Positions 40,272 through 50,762 are shown, counted from the first letter of the stretch. The stretch: DNA of 64,000 nt from Candidatus Bathyarchaeia archaeon (GCA_050012255.1 JBEKHN010000001.1:128001-192000), one strand, 5' to 3'. A program made the numbers and translations. The notes: generated by a model from the sequence alone, not told the origin.

Positions 40272-43200
40272 CTATGGGTAGTGTTGGTTGAAGTGGCCTG
40301 CAAGTATTATGGCGTCGTAAATGTCAACGGTGAGATCGCCGTTTATGTCAGCATTAGCGTTCCATTTTGGACTGCCAAGATTCGAGTTGAAGGCTCCAGC
40401 AAGTATGATGGCATCATATATGTCGACGACGAAGTCGCCTTGGAGGTCTCCTGGGATCGTGACAATGACCTTTAAGGAAAAACTGTTGTCAGCAGTGTCT
40501 GTTTCGTCCCAAACAGGACCTGCCACAACTGTCAAGTTGTAGTTGCCAAAAGCGCAGTTCTTGGTGTTCCATGTTGTAGCCAAGGTTACAGAGTCTCTCG
40601 TTGACGCGCTCACTAGTTGCTGGGTCACGACTGTTTGGTTGGCGGAGACAGTGAATACGAATGTTTCGTTGCACAAGCCAAGATTTTGGATCTTCACGTT
40701 TGCCGTGAAATTGAAGGATTTCCCAACAACGGTCTTTAACGTGATGAAGCTTGTTATTCCAATACTGTGCAAGCCGAAAGGCTTCAGAAGAGGATAGTTG
40801 TCGACGTTGTTGGTGGCTACGGTATAGGGTATGTCAACGATGCCGTCGCTGCCTGGGATGTTCTGCTGTGGTCCGCTGAAATTGTCCATGCTGATGCCGC
40901 AAGCCCAGTAGTTGCCTCCTGAAGGATAGCCGTCATCCCAAACGTTTCCTGTTGACGTTGAGATAGATAGCGTTATGTTGTTGCTGATGAAGTCGTTGTG
41001 GTAGAATTTGTTGCCATTCGAGTTCTTTATGTCTATTGCAAGCTCGTTTTCAATTATTATGTTTGCATAGACAACGTTCCCGCCGGATTCTACGTCAAGA
41101 CCGACGCTGCCTAGGCTGATGATGTTGCCGGTGATTGTGTTGTTGGATGTTGAAGAGGTCAAGCTGACGGCGATGTTGTCGTTTTCGAATATGTTAGAGT
41201 AGATAAGGTTGTTGGAGGCGTTTGACCCTTGGAGGGTGATTCCGTTTTGTGTTATGAGAGACATTATGTTGTCGTAGATCTTGCAGCCGCTGGCTCCGTT
41301 GACGAGGATGCCTTGATTCCAGCTGGTTATCGTTATTCCAGCAATAGTCGACCCGGATCCACTGGGCACGATCGTTATGGCGATTCCGCTTCCGCCGCCG
41401 TCGAAGGTTGGTTCACTTCCTGGCTTGCCGATAAGCGTTACAGTCTTATTGATGATAATGGACTCATGATAAATTCCCGGAGCGATCCACACCGTGTCTC
41501 CCGCGGTGGCTGCGTTGATTGCTTCCTGTACGGTTTGAAAATCTTCAGGAACCCGAACAGTGTGGCCAAACGCGTACACTTTCTTATCTTCTGAACCCAC
41601 GTAAACTACGCCGTCAGCGACGGCTGGAGAAGAATCCACACTGAAGCCCGTGTGATAGTTCCATATGCAAGCTCCTGTTGAAGCGTTCAAACAATAAACG
41701 TGCGAATCATCCGATCCAACGTAGACTTTTCCATCAGCAACGGCAGGAGCAGAGTACATGATGGATCCTGCTGTGGTGTAGTTCCATACGCAGATACCGG
41801 TCGAAGCGTCCAAACAATAAAGGTTGTTGTCATATGATCCAATGTAGACTTTGCCATCGGCAACGGCAGGAGAAGAACCTACAGTGTCGCCCGTTGTGTA
41901 GTTCCAAACGCTAGCGCCAGTCAAAGCATCCAGACAATAGATATTCTTGTCAAATGATCCGAAATACACTTTGCCATCAACAACAGCGGGAGAGATTCCT
42001 CTCAAGACACCACCTGTGGTGTAGTTCCAAACGCGAATCCCGGTTAGGGCATCCAGACAATAGACGTTGAAGTCTTCCGATCCAACATAGACTTTACCAT
42101 TAACGACTGAAGGAGAAGTATCCACTGTATTACCTGTGGTGTAGTTCCAAACACGAACTCCGGTTAGAGCGTTCAAGCAATAGACGTTGAAGTCCTGCGA
42201 CCCGAAGTACACTTTACCATCAGCAATGGCAGGAGAAGAGCTTACGCCGCCACCTGTGGTATAGTTCCAGATGCGGACTCCCGTCAAAGCATCCAAACAA
42301 TAGACGTTCCTGTCACCGCCCAGCGACCCAACATAGACTTTACCATCGGCAACAGCAGGAGAAGAAAGTACCATGCTGCCTGTGGTGTAGTTCCAAACCA
42401 GAACTCCGGTCAGAGCGTCCAAGCAATAAACGTTATGATCCATTGATCCAATGTAGACTTTGCCGTCAACGACAGCAGGAGAAGAAATGCGTATGTTCAT
42501 TCCGGTAGTGAAGGTCCAGAGTGTCTGGTTTGTGTTGGGTGCTGGGCTTCTGCTCTGTCCAGTGCGTTCCAGGTTGTTATGGAACATGGGCCACGAATAG
42601 CGTGTGGAGTGTGCGCTCCATGGTTGCATGAGTGGATAGTTGTCTCGATTGTTCCCGTCTATTGAGTAGGGTGTGTCTCCTATTCCGTCGCTGGCCGTCT
42701 CATTCTGGTGTGGCCCTCTGTACAAATCCGTTCCGTTGTAGTCGCTCCAATAGTTACCGCCCGAAGGATAGCCGTTATCCCAAGTATTGTTCGAGTTGAA
42801 AGAATAGGCCTGATGAGTGTTGTTCATGAAATTGTTGTGGTACAACGTGGTGTTTGAAGAAGAGCTGAGATAAATACCATAGCTGTTTGCTGTTGCGTTG
42901 TTGCCGCTGACAGTGTTGTTTGAACAATAGTAGAGCCCGATGCCATCAAGGGTGTTTGCTGCTACATTGTTCCCGCTTACAGTGCTCCCTCTAACATGGT
43001 CGTATCCTGGGCCAGAAGAGTAGAGATAAATGCCATAGTTGTTTGCTGTTACGCTGTTACCGCTCACAGTATTGTTGTATGATTCGTTGTCTGGACCTCC
43101 ACTTAGAACGATGCCGTCCTGGGTGTTCGCTGATGCGTTGTTACCAATGATCATAGTTCTGTTCGAATAGTGGAGAACGATGCCATACGAGTTCGCTGTT

Positions 43201-44087
43201 GCGTTGTTGCCGCTCACAGTGTTGTCTGAAGAAATGTCGAGATTGATGCCATTTCCATTTTCCGTTGCACTGTTCCCGCTGATAATGTTGTTTCCATTCG
43301 AAAAAGTCATAACGTCGATTCCAATGCTGTTTGCGGTTACGTTGTTTCCGTTAACGATACTATCGTATGTATGGTACAGGCTGATGCCAGTATGGTTGTT
43401 TGCTTTGGCGTAGTTTCCGAAGACAACGTTCTTTCGATAATAAAGAATGCTGATGCCATCGTCGCCGTTTCCCGTTGCATTGTTCCAGCAAACAGTGTTA
43501 TTGGAAGCGAAGATAAGCCCAATCCCCTTATTGCCATTCGCCATTGCATTGTTATCTGTGATCACAGTTGTGTTCGAAGTGTCGACAATGATACCACAAT
43601 TACTGTTTGCTGATACATTGTTCGAGACAACAGTGTTGTTTATTGAAGACTTGAGGAAGATGCCATCGGTGTTTGCTGTTACATTGTTCCCACTGACGAC
43701 GATGTTTGAACAAAAGTAGAAAATGAAGCCGCGATAAAAGCCTTTGACGTTGACGTTTTTGACTGTCACGTTACTTATAACCATAAACTGCAGGCCATAG
43801 GTAAAGTCGGTCTGGTTCCCTTGCACTGTGTAGCCGTTTCCATCAATCACGGTATTGTTTCTTTGGACAATTATCCCGAAGTATGTTGGGTAGCTGATGT
43901 CGCCAGTGAAGGTGTACGTGACGTTGTCAGAGCTTGAGATAGGCGCAGAAGAAGGAACGACACTTCCATCACTCTTAATGTAAACGGTCACATCTGCTGC
44001 TCTGGCTGGTCTAACGTCAAACGCCAAACTGAATGTGCCCACCAGAAACAGTGTAAGCATTACCCCAGAAACTAGCCTCTTCAACAA
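40272..44087 (-). CDS. Large secreted protein: NosD/pectin-lyase-like beta-helix + 8-blade PQQ-type beta-propeller + second beta-helix + Ig/CARDB-like + dockerin-like C-terminus
   Basis: Signal peptide; xxNxxxGNNxTAN repeats; 8x WNYTTG..SSPAVADGKVYxGS; terminal twin D-x-x-G-D..VDIYDA repeats. Confidence 0.85.
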   Translation of the reverse strand: MLKRLVSGVMLTLFLVGTFSLAFDVRPARAADVTVYIKSDGSVVPSSAPISSSDNVTYTFTGDISYPTYFGIIVQRNNTVIDGNGYTVQGNQTDFTYGLQFMVISNVTVKNVNVKGFYRGFIFYFCSNIVVSGNNVTANTDGIFLKSSINNTVVSNNVSANSNCGIIVDTSNTTVITDNNAMANGNKGIGLIFASNNTVCWNNATGNGDDGISILYYRKNVVFGNYAKANNHTGISLYHTYDSIVNGNNVTANSIGIDVMTFSNGNNIISGNSATENGNGINLDISSDNTVSGNNATANSYGIVLHYSNRTMIIGNNASANTQDGIVLSGGPDNESYNNTVSGNSVTANNYGIYLYSSGPGYDHVRGSTVSGNNVAANTLDGIGLYYCSNNTVSGNNATANSYGIYLSSSSNTTLYHNNFMNNTHQAYSFNSNNTWDNGYPSGGNYWSDYNGTDLYRGPHQNETASDGIGDTPYSIDGNNRDNYPLMQPWSAHSTRYSWPMFHNNLERTGQSRSPAPNTNQTLWTFTTGMNIRISSPAVVDGKVYIGSMDHNVYCLDALTGVLVWNYTTGSMVLSSPAVADGKVYVGSLGGDRNVYCLDALTGVRIWNYTTGGGVSSSPAIADGKVYFGSQDFNVYCLNALTGVRVWNYTTGNTVDTSPSVVNGKVYVGSEDFNVYCLDALTGIRVWNYTTGGVLRGISPAVVDGKVYFGSFDKNIYCLDALTGASVWNYTTGDTVGSSPAVADGKVYIGSYDNNLYCLDASTGICVWNYTTAGSIMYSAPAVADGKVYVGSDDSHVYCLNASTGACIWNYHTGFSVDSSPAVADGVVYVGSEDKKVYAFGHTVRVPEDFQTVQEAINAATAGDTVWIAPGIYHESIIINKTVTLIGKPGSEPTFDGGGSGIAITIVPSGSGSTIAGITITSWNQGILVNGASGCKIYDNIMSLITQNGITLQGSNASNNLIYSNIFENDNIAVSLTSSTSNNTITGNIISLGSVGLDVESGGNVVYANIIIENELAIDIKNSNGNKFYHNDFISNNITLSISTSTGNVWDDGYPSGGNYWACGISMDNFSGPQQNIPGSDGIVDIPYTVATNNVDNYPLLKPFGLHSIGITSFITLKTVVGKSFNFTANVKIQNLGLCNETFVFTVSANQTVVTQQLVSASTRDSVTLATTWNTKNCAFGNYNLTVVAGPVWDETDTADNSFSLKVIVTIPGDLQGDFVVDIYDAIILAGAFNSNLGSPKWNANADINGDLTVDIYDAIILAGHFNQHYP
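41566..42521 (-). repeat. Eight ~120-bp intragenic repeats encoding beta-propeller blades
   Basis: Recurrent GTAGTTCCA...CAATA units in the DNA. Confidence 0.85.
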
Positions 44088-44274
44088 CCCTTTCTCCTAC
44101 TAGTAGTTGGTTCAATCACCAAATATCATTTGTGGAGAAATCTTCTATAGCATCGTTTTGTATCCGCATGATTCACTGATTTTAAATAGCGCGCGCTCAG
44201 CTAACTCCTATTCTTCTTCTGTAGGTGTTTGTACGCAGTCGGTTACTGGATAAATGAACGCTTCACGGTTCGAG

Positions 44275-46242
44275 CTATGGAATGTGTTGGTTGAAGTGGC
44301 CTGAGAGTAATATGGCGTCGTAGATGTCCACGGTGCCGTCGCAGTTTATGTCTGCGTTGGCGTTCCACTTTCTCATGCCTGGACTGGAGTTGAAGGCGCC
44401 AGATAGCCTTATGGCGTCATAGATGTCAACAGTGCCATCGCCGTTTATGTCGCCAGAGATGCCAACGTAGATTGTGCCGCCCGTCAGGTTGTTGTCTGAC
44501 GTGTCTGTTTCGTTCAAGACGGACCAAGCATAGACGCTTATCGTGTAGTTGCCATAAGCAAGACCGGCGGTGTTAATTGTGAAGGTGATGGTCGTGGAAT
44601 TTCTGCTCGTCAGGGTTACTTGTGTCTGATTGATTGCAGTTGTGTTAGTGTAGACTGTGACGTTGAAGGTCTCTGACTGTTCGCCATAGTTCAGTATTTT
44701 TGCACTCATGTTCATGCAATATCCTTGACCGACGGTTGGCATTGGCAGGCAACCATTCTTAGAAGTTGCGGCATACGTTATCCCGATGTCATGCGGTCCA
44801 GCATAGGGCTTCATAAGCGGATAATTATCCGTGTTGTTTAGATCGATAACGTATGGAGTGTCACCTATTCCATCGCTGCCAGTCTTATTCTGATAAGTCC
44901 CACTATACAAGTCTGTCCCAATGTAGTCGCTCCAGTAGTTTCCGCCAGAAGGATAACCATCATCCCAAACGTTTATCGATGATGACCCATAGATCCAAGT
45001 TTGTACAGCATTGTCTACGAAGCTGTTATGATAAAGGCTGTTATTGGCAGACCACTCCAAATAGATTCCGCGACGGCCAGATGCTATGTTATTTTCTAAG
45101 ATAATGTTGTAACAGGATTGATAGAGATCGATACCGCTGCCTCCATACCATACAGGAATCCATCCATAATCAGTGTCCGTTATATTGTTTCCAATAATTC
45201 TGTTGTTTGAACAGCCCCAAAGTCCGATACCCCAACCGTTGCGTGCTATATTGTTTTCAATGATGCAATTGGTAGATGCATAGTTCAATGAGATGCCCCT
45301 CCAGTTGTTTGTTATATTGTTTTCAGATATTGTGTTGTTTGAAGAGGAGAGGGCTATGGCATACTCGTTGTTTAGCGCTATGCCACACCCGTTGTTTGTT
45401 ATGTTGTTTCCTGAGATTGTGGTGTTGTTTGTCTCCCATAGTTGAACGCCAATGCTAGTGTTGGATAGGTTGAGGTTTTCCACGGTCACGTTGTTGCATT
45501 TGACGAGTATGACTTGCCCAGCATCCTCAACCGCATAGTCTGACACTTCCTCAAGATAGACTATGGGTTTGCCGTTCACCAAGTTATCAGTCACCACATT
45601 CCCATAGGAATCAGACACTACTAAGCCGCCATTGACAAACGTGTTCCCGCTTACGCTGTTGTTAGAAGAATAATCGAGACAGATGCCATACCCGTTGTTT
45701 GCTGTTATGTTGTTTCCGCTTACGCTATTGTTAGAAGAAGAAGAGAGCCAGATGCAATGCCAGCTGTTTGCTGTTATGTTGTTTCCAGAAATGCTGTTGC
45801 TTGAAGAAGAGTAAAGCATGATGCCATTCCCGTTGTTTGCTGTTATGTTATTTCCACTTATGTTGTTATAGTTTGAAGATCCAAGGAGGTAGATGTCGTA
45901 CCCGAAACCTCTGATGTCCGTGTTTTTGATCGTCACATTGTTTCTTCCAGAAAGATCTATCCCTCTGTACTCCCAACCTCCACCATCTCCTTGTAGCGTG
46001 TAGCCTGCCCCGTCAACCACAATGTTGTCTCTTTCCACGGCAATCTCGTCAAGAATGTTACCCGCAAAAGTGTAGGTGACATTGTCAAACGTTGTTATAG
46101 GTGCATCTGGCGGGTCTATGCTTCCGTCAGCCCTAATGTAAATGGTTCCACTTGCTCTGACGGGTTGAATTCTAAGCGCCAGTGCCAACATGCTCATTAC
46201 AAGCAAAAACAGCATTACTCCAGAAACGGTCTTCCGCAACAA
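44275..46242 (-). CDS. Secreted NosD-like beta-helix protein with Ig/CARDB-like domain and dockerin-like C-terminus
   Basis: TTG at 46242 behind SD GGAGG; signal peptide; beta-helix repeats; GDINGDGTVDIYDA..ADINCDGTVDIYDA. Confidence 0.85.
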   Translation of the reverse strand: MLRKTVSGVMLFLLVMSMLALALRIQPVRASGTIYIRADGSIDPPDAPITTFDNVTYTFAGNILDEIAVERDNIVVDGAGYTLQGDGGGWEYRGIDLSGRNNVTIKNTDIRGFGYDIYLLGSSNYNNISGNNITANNGNGIMLYSSSSNSISGNNITANSWHCIWLSSSSNNSVSGNNITANNGYGICLDYSSNNSVSGNTFVNGGLVVSDSYGNVVTDNLVNGKPIVYLEEVSDYAVEDAGQVILVKCNNVTVENLNLSNTSIGVQLWETNNTTISGNNITNNGCGIALNNEYAIALSSSNNTISENNITNNWRGISLNYASTNCIIENNIARNGWGIGLWGCSNNRIIGNNITDTDYGWIPVWYGGSGIDLYQSCYNIILENNIASGRRGIYLEWSANNSLYHNSFVDNAVQTWIYGSSSINVWDDGYPSGGNYWSDYIGTDLYSGTYQNKTGSDGIGDTPYVIDLNNTDNYPLMKPYAGPHDIGITYAATSKNGCLPMPTVGQGYCMNMSAKILNYGEQSETFNVTVYTNTTAINQTQVTLTSRNSTTITFTINTAGLAYGNYTISVYAWSVLNETDTSDNNLTGGTIYVGISGDINGDGTVDIYDAIRLSGAFNSSPGMRKWNANADINCDGTVDIYDAILLSGHFNQHIP

Positions 46243-46627
46243 TTCGAACCTCCTTCCTCCAAAGTCTCGATCAACGCGCGTCGATAAAAGAGTTTTGAAT
46301 AGGTCATCCAACATCATCCCGTTCACGGTTTCTATTCGCACCATCTGTAATGCGGACTCAGGTGCGATGCTCTGCTCAAAATATTCAATCAGCCTCAAAC
46401 GACCTTCGCACCTATGCACTCTGTCTAGCTCTCAGCATAGTCTATTGCGTCTTTTCCTCTTGCTGGCTAGAAGAAGGCTCCTCCGCCGTTGTAGCACTTC
46501 CCCATTGAGAGGCGCGAGCTTCTTTCTGCTGGTCAAAGTTTAGATTAAAGAGCATAACAAAGTTGGAAACTGCATCCGATCTCTCGCTCTTCAGAGAAAA
46601 AAGATGACTGAAAGTGTTTCTGCGCCA

Positions 46628-47884
46628 CTACGGCCAGAGACCCAGCGTCCTAATCGCCTCGGCTACTCTTCCCACACCGAGCATCAACGCCCCCGTTCGC
46701 ATGTCACTCTCCTCTTCCCTGGCCGTCTTGTGAACGTCGTTGAAAGCCTTGATCATCTTGCCCTCCAGTTTCCGGTTCACATCCTCCAACGTCCAATGTT
46801 CTCGCGTCAGATTCTGAACCCACTCAAAGTAGCTCGTCGCAACGCCTCCAGAGTTTGCCAAGATGTCTGGAATGAGAACGATTCCCTTCTCGTGAAGAGC
46901 TCTGTCGGCTTCAGGCGTTGTCGGCCCGTTTGCACCCTCGACAACAATTTTGGCTTTGACCTTGTCTGCGTTCGTTTTCTTTATCTGGTTTTCTAAGGCT
47001 GCGGGGATAAGTATGTCGCATCTTGCTTCAAGGACATCCTCGTTCGTTATGTTCTGGCTTCCCTTGTAGTTGATCACCGAACCCGTTTTCGATTTGTGCT
47101 TGTAGACATCGTAAGGGTTCAGACCCCTTGCAGAGTAGATTCCTCCTACTGAATCACTCACTGCAACGACCTTGGAACCAAGGTCATAGGCTATCTTGGC
47201 AGCGTTCCAGCCCACGTTGCCAAAGCCTTGCACCGCGACCGTGGCTCCTCTAAGCTTCAGGCCTAACTGCTTCGCTGCTTCTCTTGCGCATACTACCACG
47301 CCGAGTGAGGTGGCTTCGGCTCTGCCTTCTGAACCGCCGATGCTTATGGGTTTCCCCGTGACACATTCTGGAACGCTGTACCCTTTGATCTGGCTGTAGG
47401 TGTCCATTATCCAAGCCATGGTTTGAGCGTCGGTGTACACGTCCGGTGCGGGCACGTCGCGATACGGCCCAATAAAATCGAAGAGAAGCGTCGTGAATCG
47501 TCTAGTCAGTCGCTCCAGCTCGCCTTTCGACATTTTCTTTGGGTTGCAGCACACTCCACCCTTGGCGCCGCCGTACGGAATGTCCACGACCGCACATTTC
47601 CACGTCATCCAAATCGCTAAGGCAGTGACCTCATCAAACGTGACATTCGGATGATACCTTATTCCACCCTTGAACGGCCCCCTCGCATCCCAATGCTGCA
47701 CTCGGCAACCCGTGAAAACGTTAATGTTGCCATCGTCCATTTTCACCGTGATGGAGACTATAAGGGATCTCTTGGGACGTGCTAACATGCAGTGCAATCC
47801 GGGGTCAAGGTCGAGTTTCTCAGCAGCTATCCTCAACTGCTCCAATGCTACTGCTAACGCTGTCTGCGTCTCTACCATAGACAA
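46628..47884 (-). CDS. gdhA: Glutamate dehydrogenase
   Basis: KGGIRYHP, YGGAKGG, VPAPD, QGFGNVG, EGANGP. Confidence 0.95.
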   Translation of the reverse strand: MSMVETQTALAVALEQLRIAAEKLDLDPGLHCMLARPKRSLIVSITVKMDDGNINVFTGCRVQHWDARGPFKGGIRYHPNVTFDEVTALAIWMTWKCAVVDIPYGGAKGGVCCNPKKMSKGELERLTRRFTTLLFDFIGPYRDVPAPDVYTDAQTMAWIMDTYSQIKGYSVPECVTGKPISIGGSEGRAEATSLGVVVCAREAAKQLGLKLRGATVAVQGFGNVGWNAAKIAYDLGSKVVAVSDSVGGIYSARGLNPYDVYKHKSKTGSVINYKGSQNITNEDVLEARCDILIPAALENQIKKTNADKVKAKIVVEGANGPTTPEADRALHEKGIVLIPDILANSGGVATSYFEWVQNLTREHWTLEDVNRKLEGKMIKAFNDVHKTAREEESDMRTGALMLGVGRVAEAIRTLGLWP

Positions 47885-47967
47885 TTACTCCAACGATCCT
47901 CTGTCTGCTTGACGTTATTAATATTACGCGTCGCTTCAGAAATCAAAAAAGAAAAATAGGGTTGGTG

Positions 47968-49593
47968 CTAGCCGAGGATTCTTTCGACTGCATCTTTTTC
48001 TACTTCATCTGGCATCGGTACGCCTGTAACTTTTGCAGCTCTTTCGGACAGGCTCATCAGGTCGTTTCTGCCGATAAGATCCAGCTTCCACTTTCTGTTT
48101 CCAGCCAGCATTTGCTTGAGCCCGACGCCGATTCTGTCTGTTAGGTAGGTGTAGACTCCGACGGCTTCCCATGGTATCTCCTTGAAGCGCGCTCCGTACT
48201 TAGCCTTCAAATCCGGTGCGGCAATGAAGAATTTGTCTGGCGTAGCCCCGAACTTGTCTGCAAATGCCTTTGGCAGCTTCCCTTCTTCAGCTAGCTGCTT
48301 GAAGTAGCTTCCTTTGAAAGCTGCGGTTATCGGCGAGCGTCCGAGAAGTACTGCCTTGATGAACGGGCCTTCTCCGAAGTTGCTCATCGCGATCGCCTTG
48401 AAGATGGATGTCTCTTCTATGAAGCCTCCTGCCATAACCAGGTCTGGAACATAGCGTCCCTTCTTCTTCAGTATCTGTGCACATTTTAGAACCAAAGCTT
48501 CCAAGTAGACTGTCGGTATGCTCATTTCGTCCATCATCGGTACAGGGCTCATGCCTGTTCCGCCGCCTGCGCCGTCGAATGAGACATAATCGATTTTCGC
48601 TTCAGACGCTATCTTCATGGTGTAGGCAACGGCTGAAGGCCTGTAGGCCCCCGTCTTCAGTGTGACATGCTTTGCGCCTTGCTTTCTCAGCCACTCGATG
48701 TCCTCGACAAAGCTTTTCTCCTGTGGAATGCCCACCCTGCTGTGCCTTTCAAAGGACTTGAATACTCCATCCTTGAAAGCTTCTTGAACAGTCTTGTCTT
48801 CCGGATCGGGAATCACGATATAACCTCTCTTTTTCAACAATATGGCTTTTTCCAAGTCTCTGACTCGCACTTCGCCGCCAATTGCCTTTGCACCCTGTCC
48901 CCACTTTCTCTCGATGACGTTCACTTCCAGCTTTGAGATAGCGTAGACATCGACGCCAAGCCTCTGATCTTCCACGTTTGTTTGAACAACCACCTCTCCG
49001 TACTTCTTGTCCCAGAACTTTCGGAACAGATCCACTCTTCGCTTCAACTCTTCCGAATGGGTGACTTTTCCGCCGGTGATCTGGGCCTTAGCGTCCATAC
49101 CACAAACATTCTCTCCAACGATTACGGACGCACCGGAGAGCGCAGCTCCGACAGCCAAGCCTTCCCAGTTCAGTCTTGCAACGTCTGTTGAACCGAATGC
49201 ACCGTTCAGGATCGGCACTTTCAACGGTATGCCACCCACTTTGGTCTCTATGTTCACGTTCGGGAAAACGGTCAGGTCCGAGTTAGGCTCAATGCCCTGC
49301 GCATCGAATAGGCCTGCTTGTATGTTGAAGTGCGACCAGTCCAAACCGAAGTCTTTCAGTGCACCAGCGGTGCTGTAACCAAACTGCACCGGTTCTGGAT
49401 AAAGTGCCTCTCTTCCCCTGAAGGCTGACATGCTTATTTCACACAAGAATGGACAGTCTCGAATGCAAATGGGGCACATTCCGCTCGTCGGGCTTGTATC
49501 TTTGACACGCGTTTGCGTTCCACACGTTGACTTGCCGTTCAGATAAGCACTGTTTTTATGCACACGTTCCGACATCTTTCTCTCTCCCTTCAA
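47968..49593 (-). CDS. FMN-binding glutamate synthase-family protein (stand-alone)
   Basis: KWGQGAKAIGGE, DGAGGGTGMSP, MAGG; N-terminal CxxCxxxCxxxC. Confidence 0.85.
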   Translation of the reverse strand: MKGERKMSERVHKNSAYLNGKSTCGTQTRVKDTSPTSGMCPICIRDCPFLCEISMSAFRGREALYPEPVQFGYSTAGALKDFGLDWSHFNIQAGLFDAQGIEPNSDLTVFPNVNIETKVGGIPLKVPILNGAFGSTDVARLNWEGLAVGAALSGASVIVGENVCGMDAKAQITGGKVTHSEELKRRVDLFRKFWDKKYGEVVVQTNVEDQRLGVDVYAISKLEVNVIERKWGQGAKAIGGEVRVRDLEKAILLKKRGYIVIPDPEDKTVQEAFKDGVFKSFERHSRVGIPQEKSFVEDIEWLRKQGAKHVTLKTGAYRPSAVAYTMKIASEAKIDYVSFDGAGGGTGMSPVPMMDEMSIPTVYLEALVLKCAQILKKKGRYVPDLVMAGGFIEETSIFKAIAMSNFGEGPFIKAVLLGRSPITAAFKGSYFKQLAEEGKLPKAFADKFGATPDKFFIAAPDLKAKYGARFKEIPWEAVGVYTYLTDRIGVGLKQMLAGNRKWKLDLIGRNDLMSLSERAAKVTGVPMPDEVEKDAVERILG

Positions 49594-49790
49594 ATTTTCA
49601 GTTTTTTAGCGCAAAGTGAGTAAAATCAGTCAGCATTTAAGCGTTACTTTGAGCGAGAAAGGAAACATCCTTCAGAACCAACGATTTTTCCAACACAAAG
49701 CCACGAAAATAGAGGAATGCAGGCTTCTCTGCTCAAATATACTTTTATTAGCACATGAAAACTACGTATAAACTAGGAGGATAATTCAGG

Positions 49791-50762
49791 TTGAGTTTTG
49801 AGATGTGGGCTGAAAAGTACAGGCCCAAAAAGTTGAGCGAGATGGTCGATCAAAAGGAGATTGTCGAACGCTTAAAGAGTTTCACTAAGTCAAGAAACGT
49901 GCCGCATTGCATCTTTGCTGGCCCGCCTGGAACAGGGAAGACAACGGCTGCTCTCTGCCTAACAAGAGATCTTTATGGTGATGTGTATAGAGAGCATATT
50001 ATGGAGTTGAACGCGAGTGACGAGAGAGGAATTGATGTTGTTCGGGAAACTGTGAAGACTTTTGCTAGAGTGAAATCTATCGGAGACATCCCGTTTAAGG
50101 TAATGATTCTGGACGAAGCGGACAACATGACCTCAGACGCACAGCAAGCTCTTAGGCGAACGATGGAACGCTTCACGGCAACATGCCGTTTTGTCCTGTG
50201 CGCAAACTATAGCGGAAGAATAATAGAACCCATCCAGTCAAGATGCGCACCCTTCCGTTTCACTCATTTGCCCAGAGAAGAGCAGGACCGCTATTTGAAG
50301 GAGATTGCTGAAAAAGAAAAATTGAAGATCTCATCTGATGGCTTAGACGCTATCTTTGAAGTCTGTGGCGGAGACTTGAGAAGGGCAATCAACACCCTGC
50401 AGTCTGCCGCGTCGTTGAGTAAACCCATAGATGCAAAAATCGTGTATTCAATAACCGGAAGGGCCAGTCCGGCAGACGTGCAAAAAATGATCAAGGTTGC
50501 CGTGGATGGCGATTTTGTGGAAGCGAGAAAGCAGTTGCGCGACATGATTCAGAAATACGGCGTGTCTGGAAGTGACCTGATTCGCCAAATCCACACAGAA
50601 ATCTTCAGATCAGACACGCCTGAAAAGTGGAAGATCAGGCTTGCGGGCATCGTTGGTGAAGTGGACTATAGACTTGTTGAGGGCGCGGATGAAGAGGTGC
50701 AGTTGAGCGCACTGTTGGCTAAGCTTGTTGAAGCAGGTGACGAACTAAAGAACGCAGAATAG
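49791..50762 (+). CDS. rfcS: Replication factor C small subunit
   Basis: WAEKYRP, GPPGTGKT, ELNASDERG, LDEAD, QSRC; no intein. Confidence 0.96.
   Translation: MSFEMWAEKYRPKKLSEMVDQKEIVERLKSFTKSRNVPHCIFAGPPGTGKTTAALCLTRDLYGDVYREHIMELNASDERGIDVVRETVKTFARVKSIGDIPFKVMILDEADNMTSDAQQALRRTMERFTATCRFVLCANYSGRIIEPIQSRCAPFRFTHLPREEQDRYLKEIAEKEKLKISSDGLDAIFEVCGGDLRRAINTLQSAASLSKPIDAKIVYSITGRASPADVQKMIKVAVDGDFVEARKQLRDMIQKYGVSGSDLIRQIHTEIFRSDTPEKWKIRLAGIVGEVDYRLVEGADEEVQLSALLAKLVEAGDELKNAE

Noticed and set aside
40272-46242. Diversity-generating retroelement acting on the repeated C-termini
   Set aside because: No reverse transcriptase; both repeats are coding and the differences are not adenine-specific
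49661-49674. NrpR operator (GGAA-N6-TTCC) upstream of the glutamate synthase-like gene
   Set aside because: One mismatch (TTCA), single site, and no match upstream of amt
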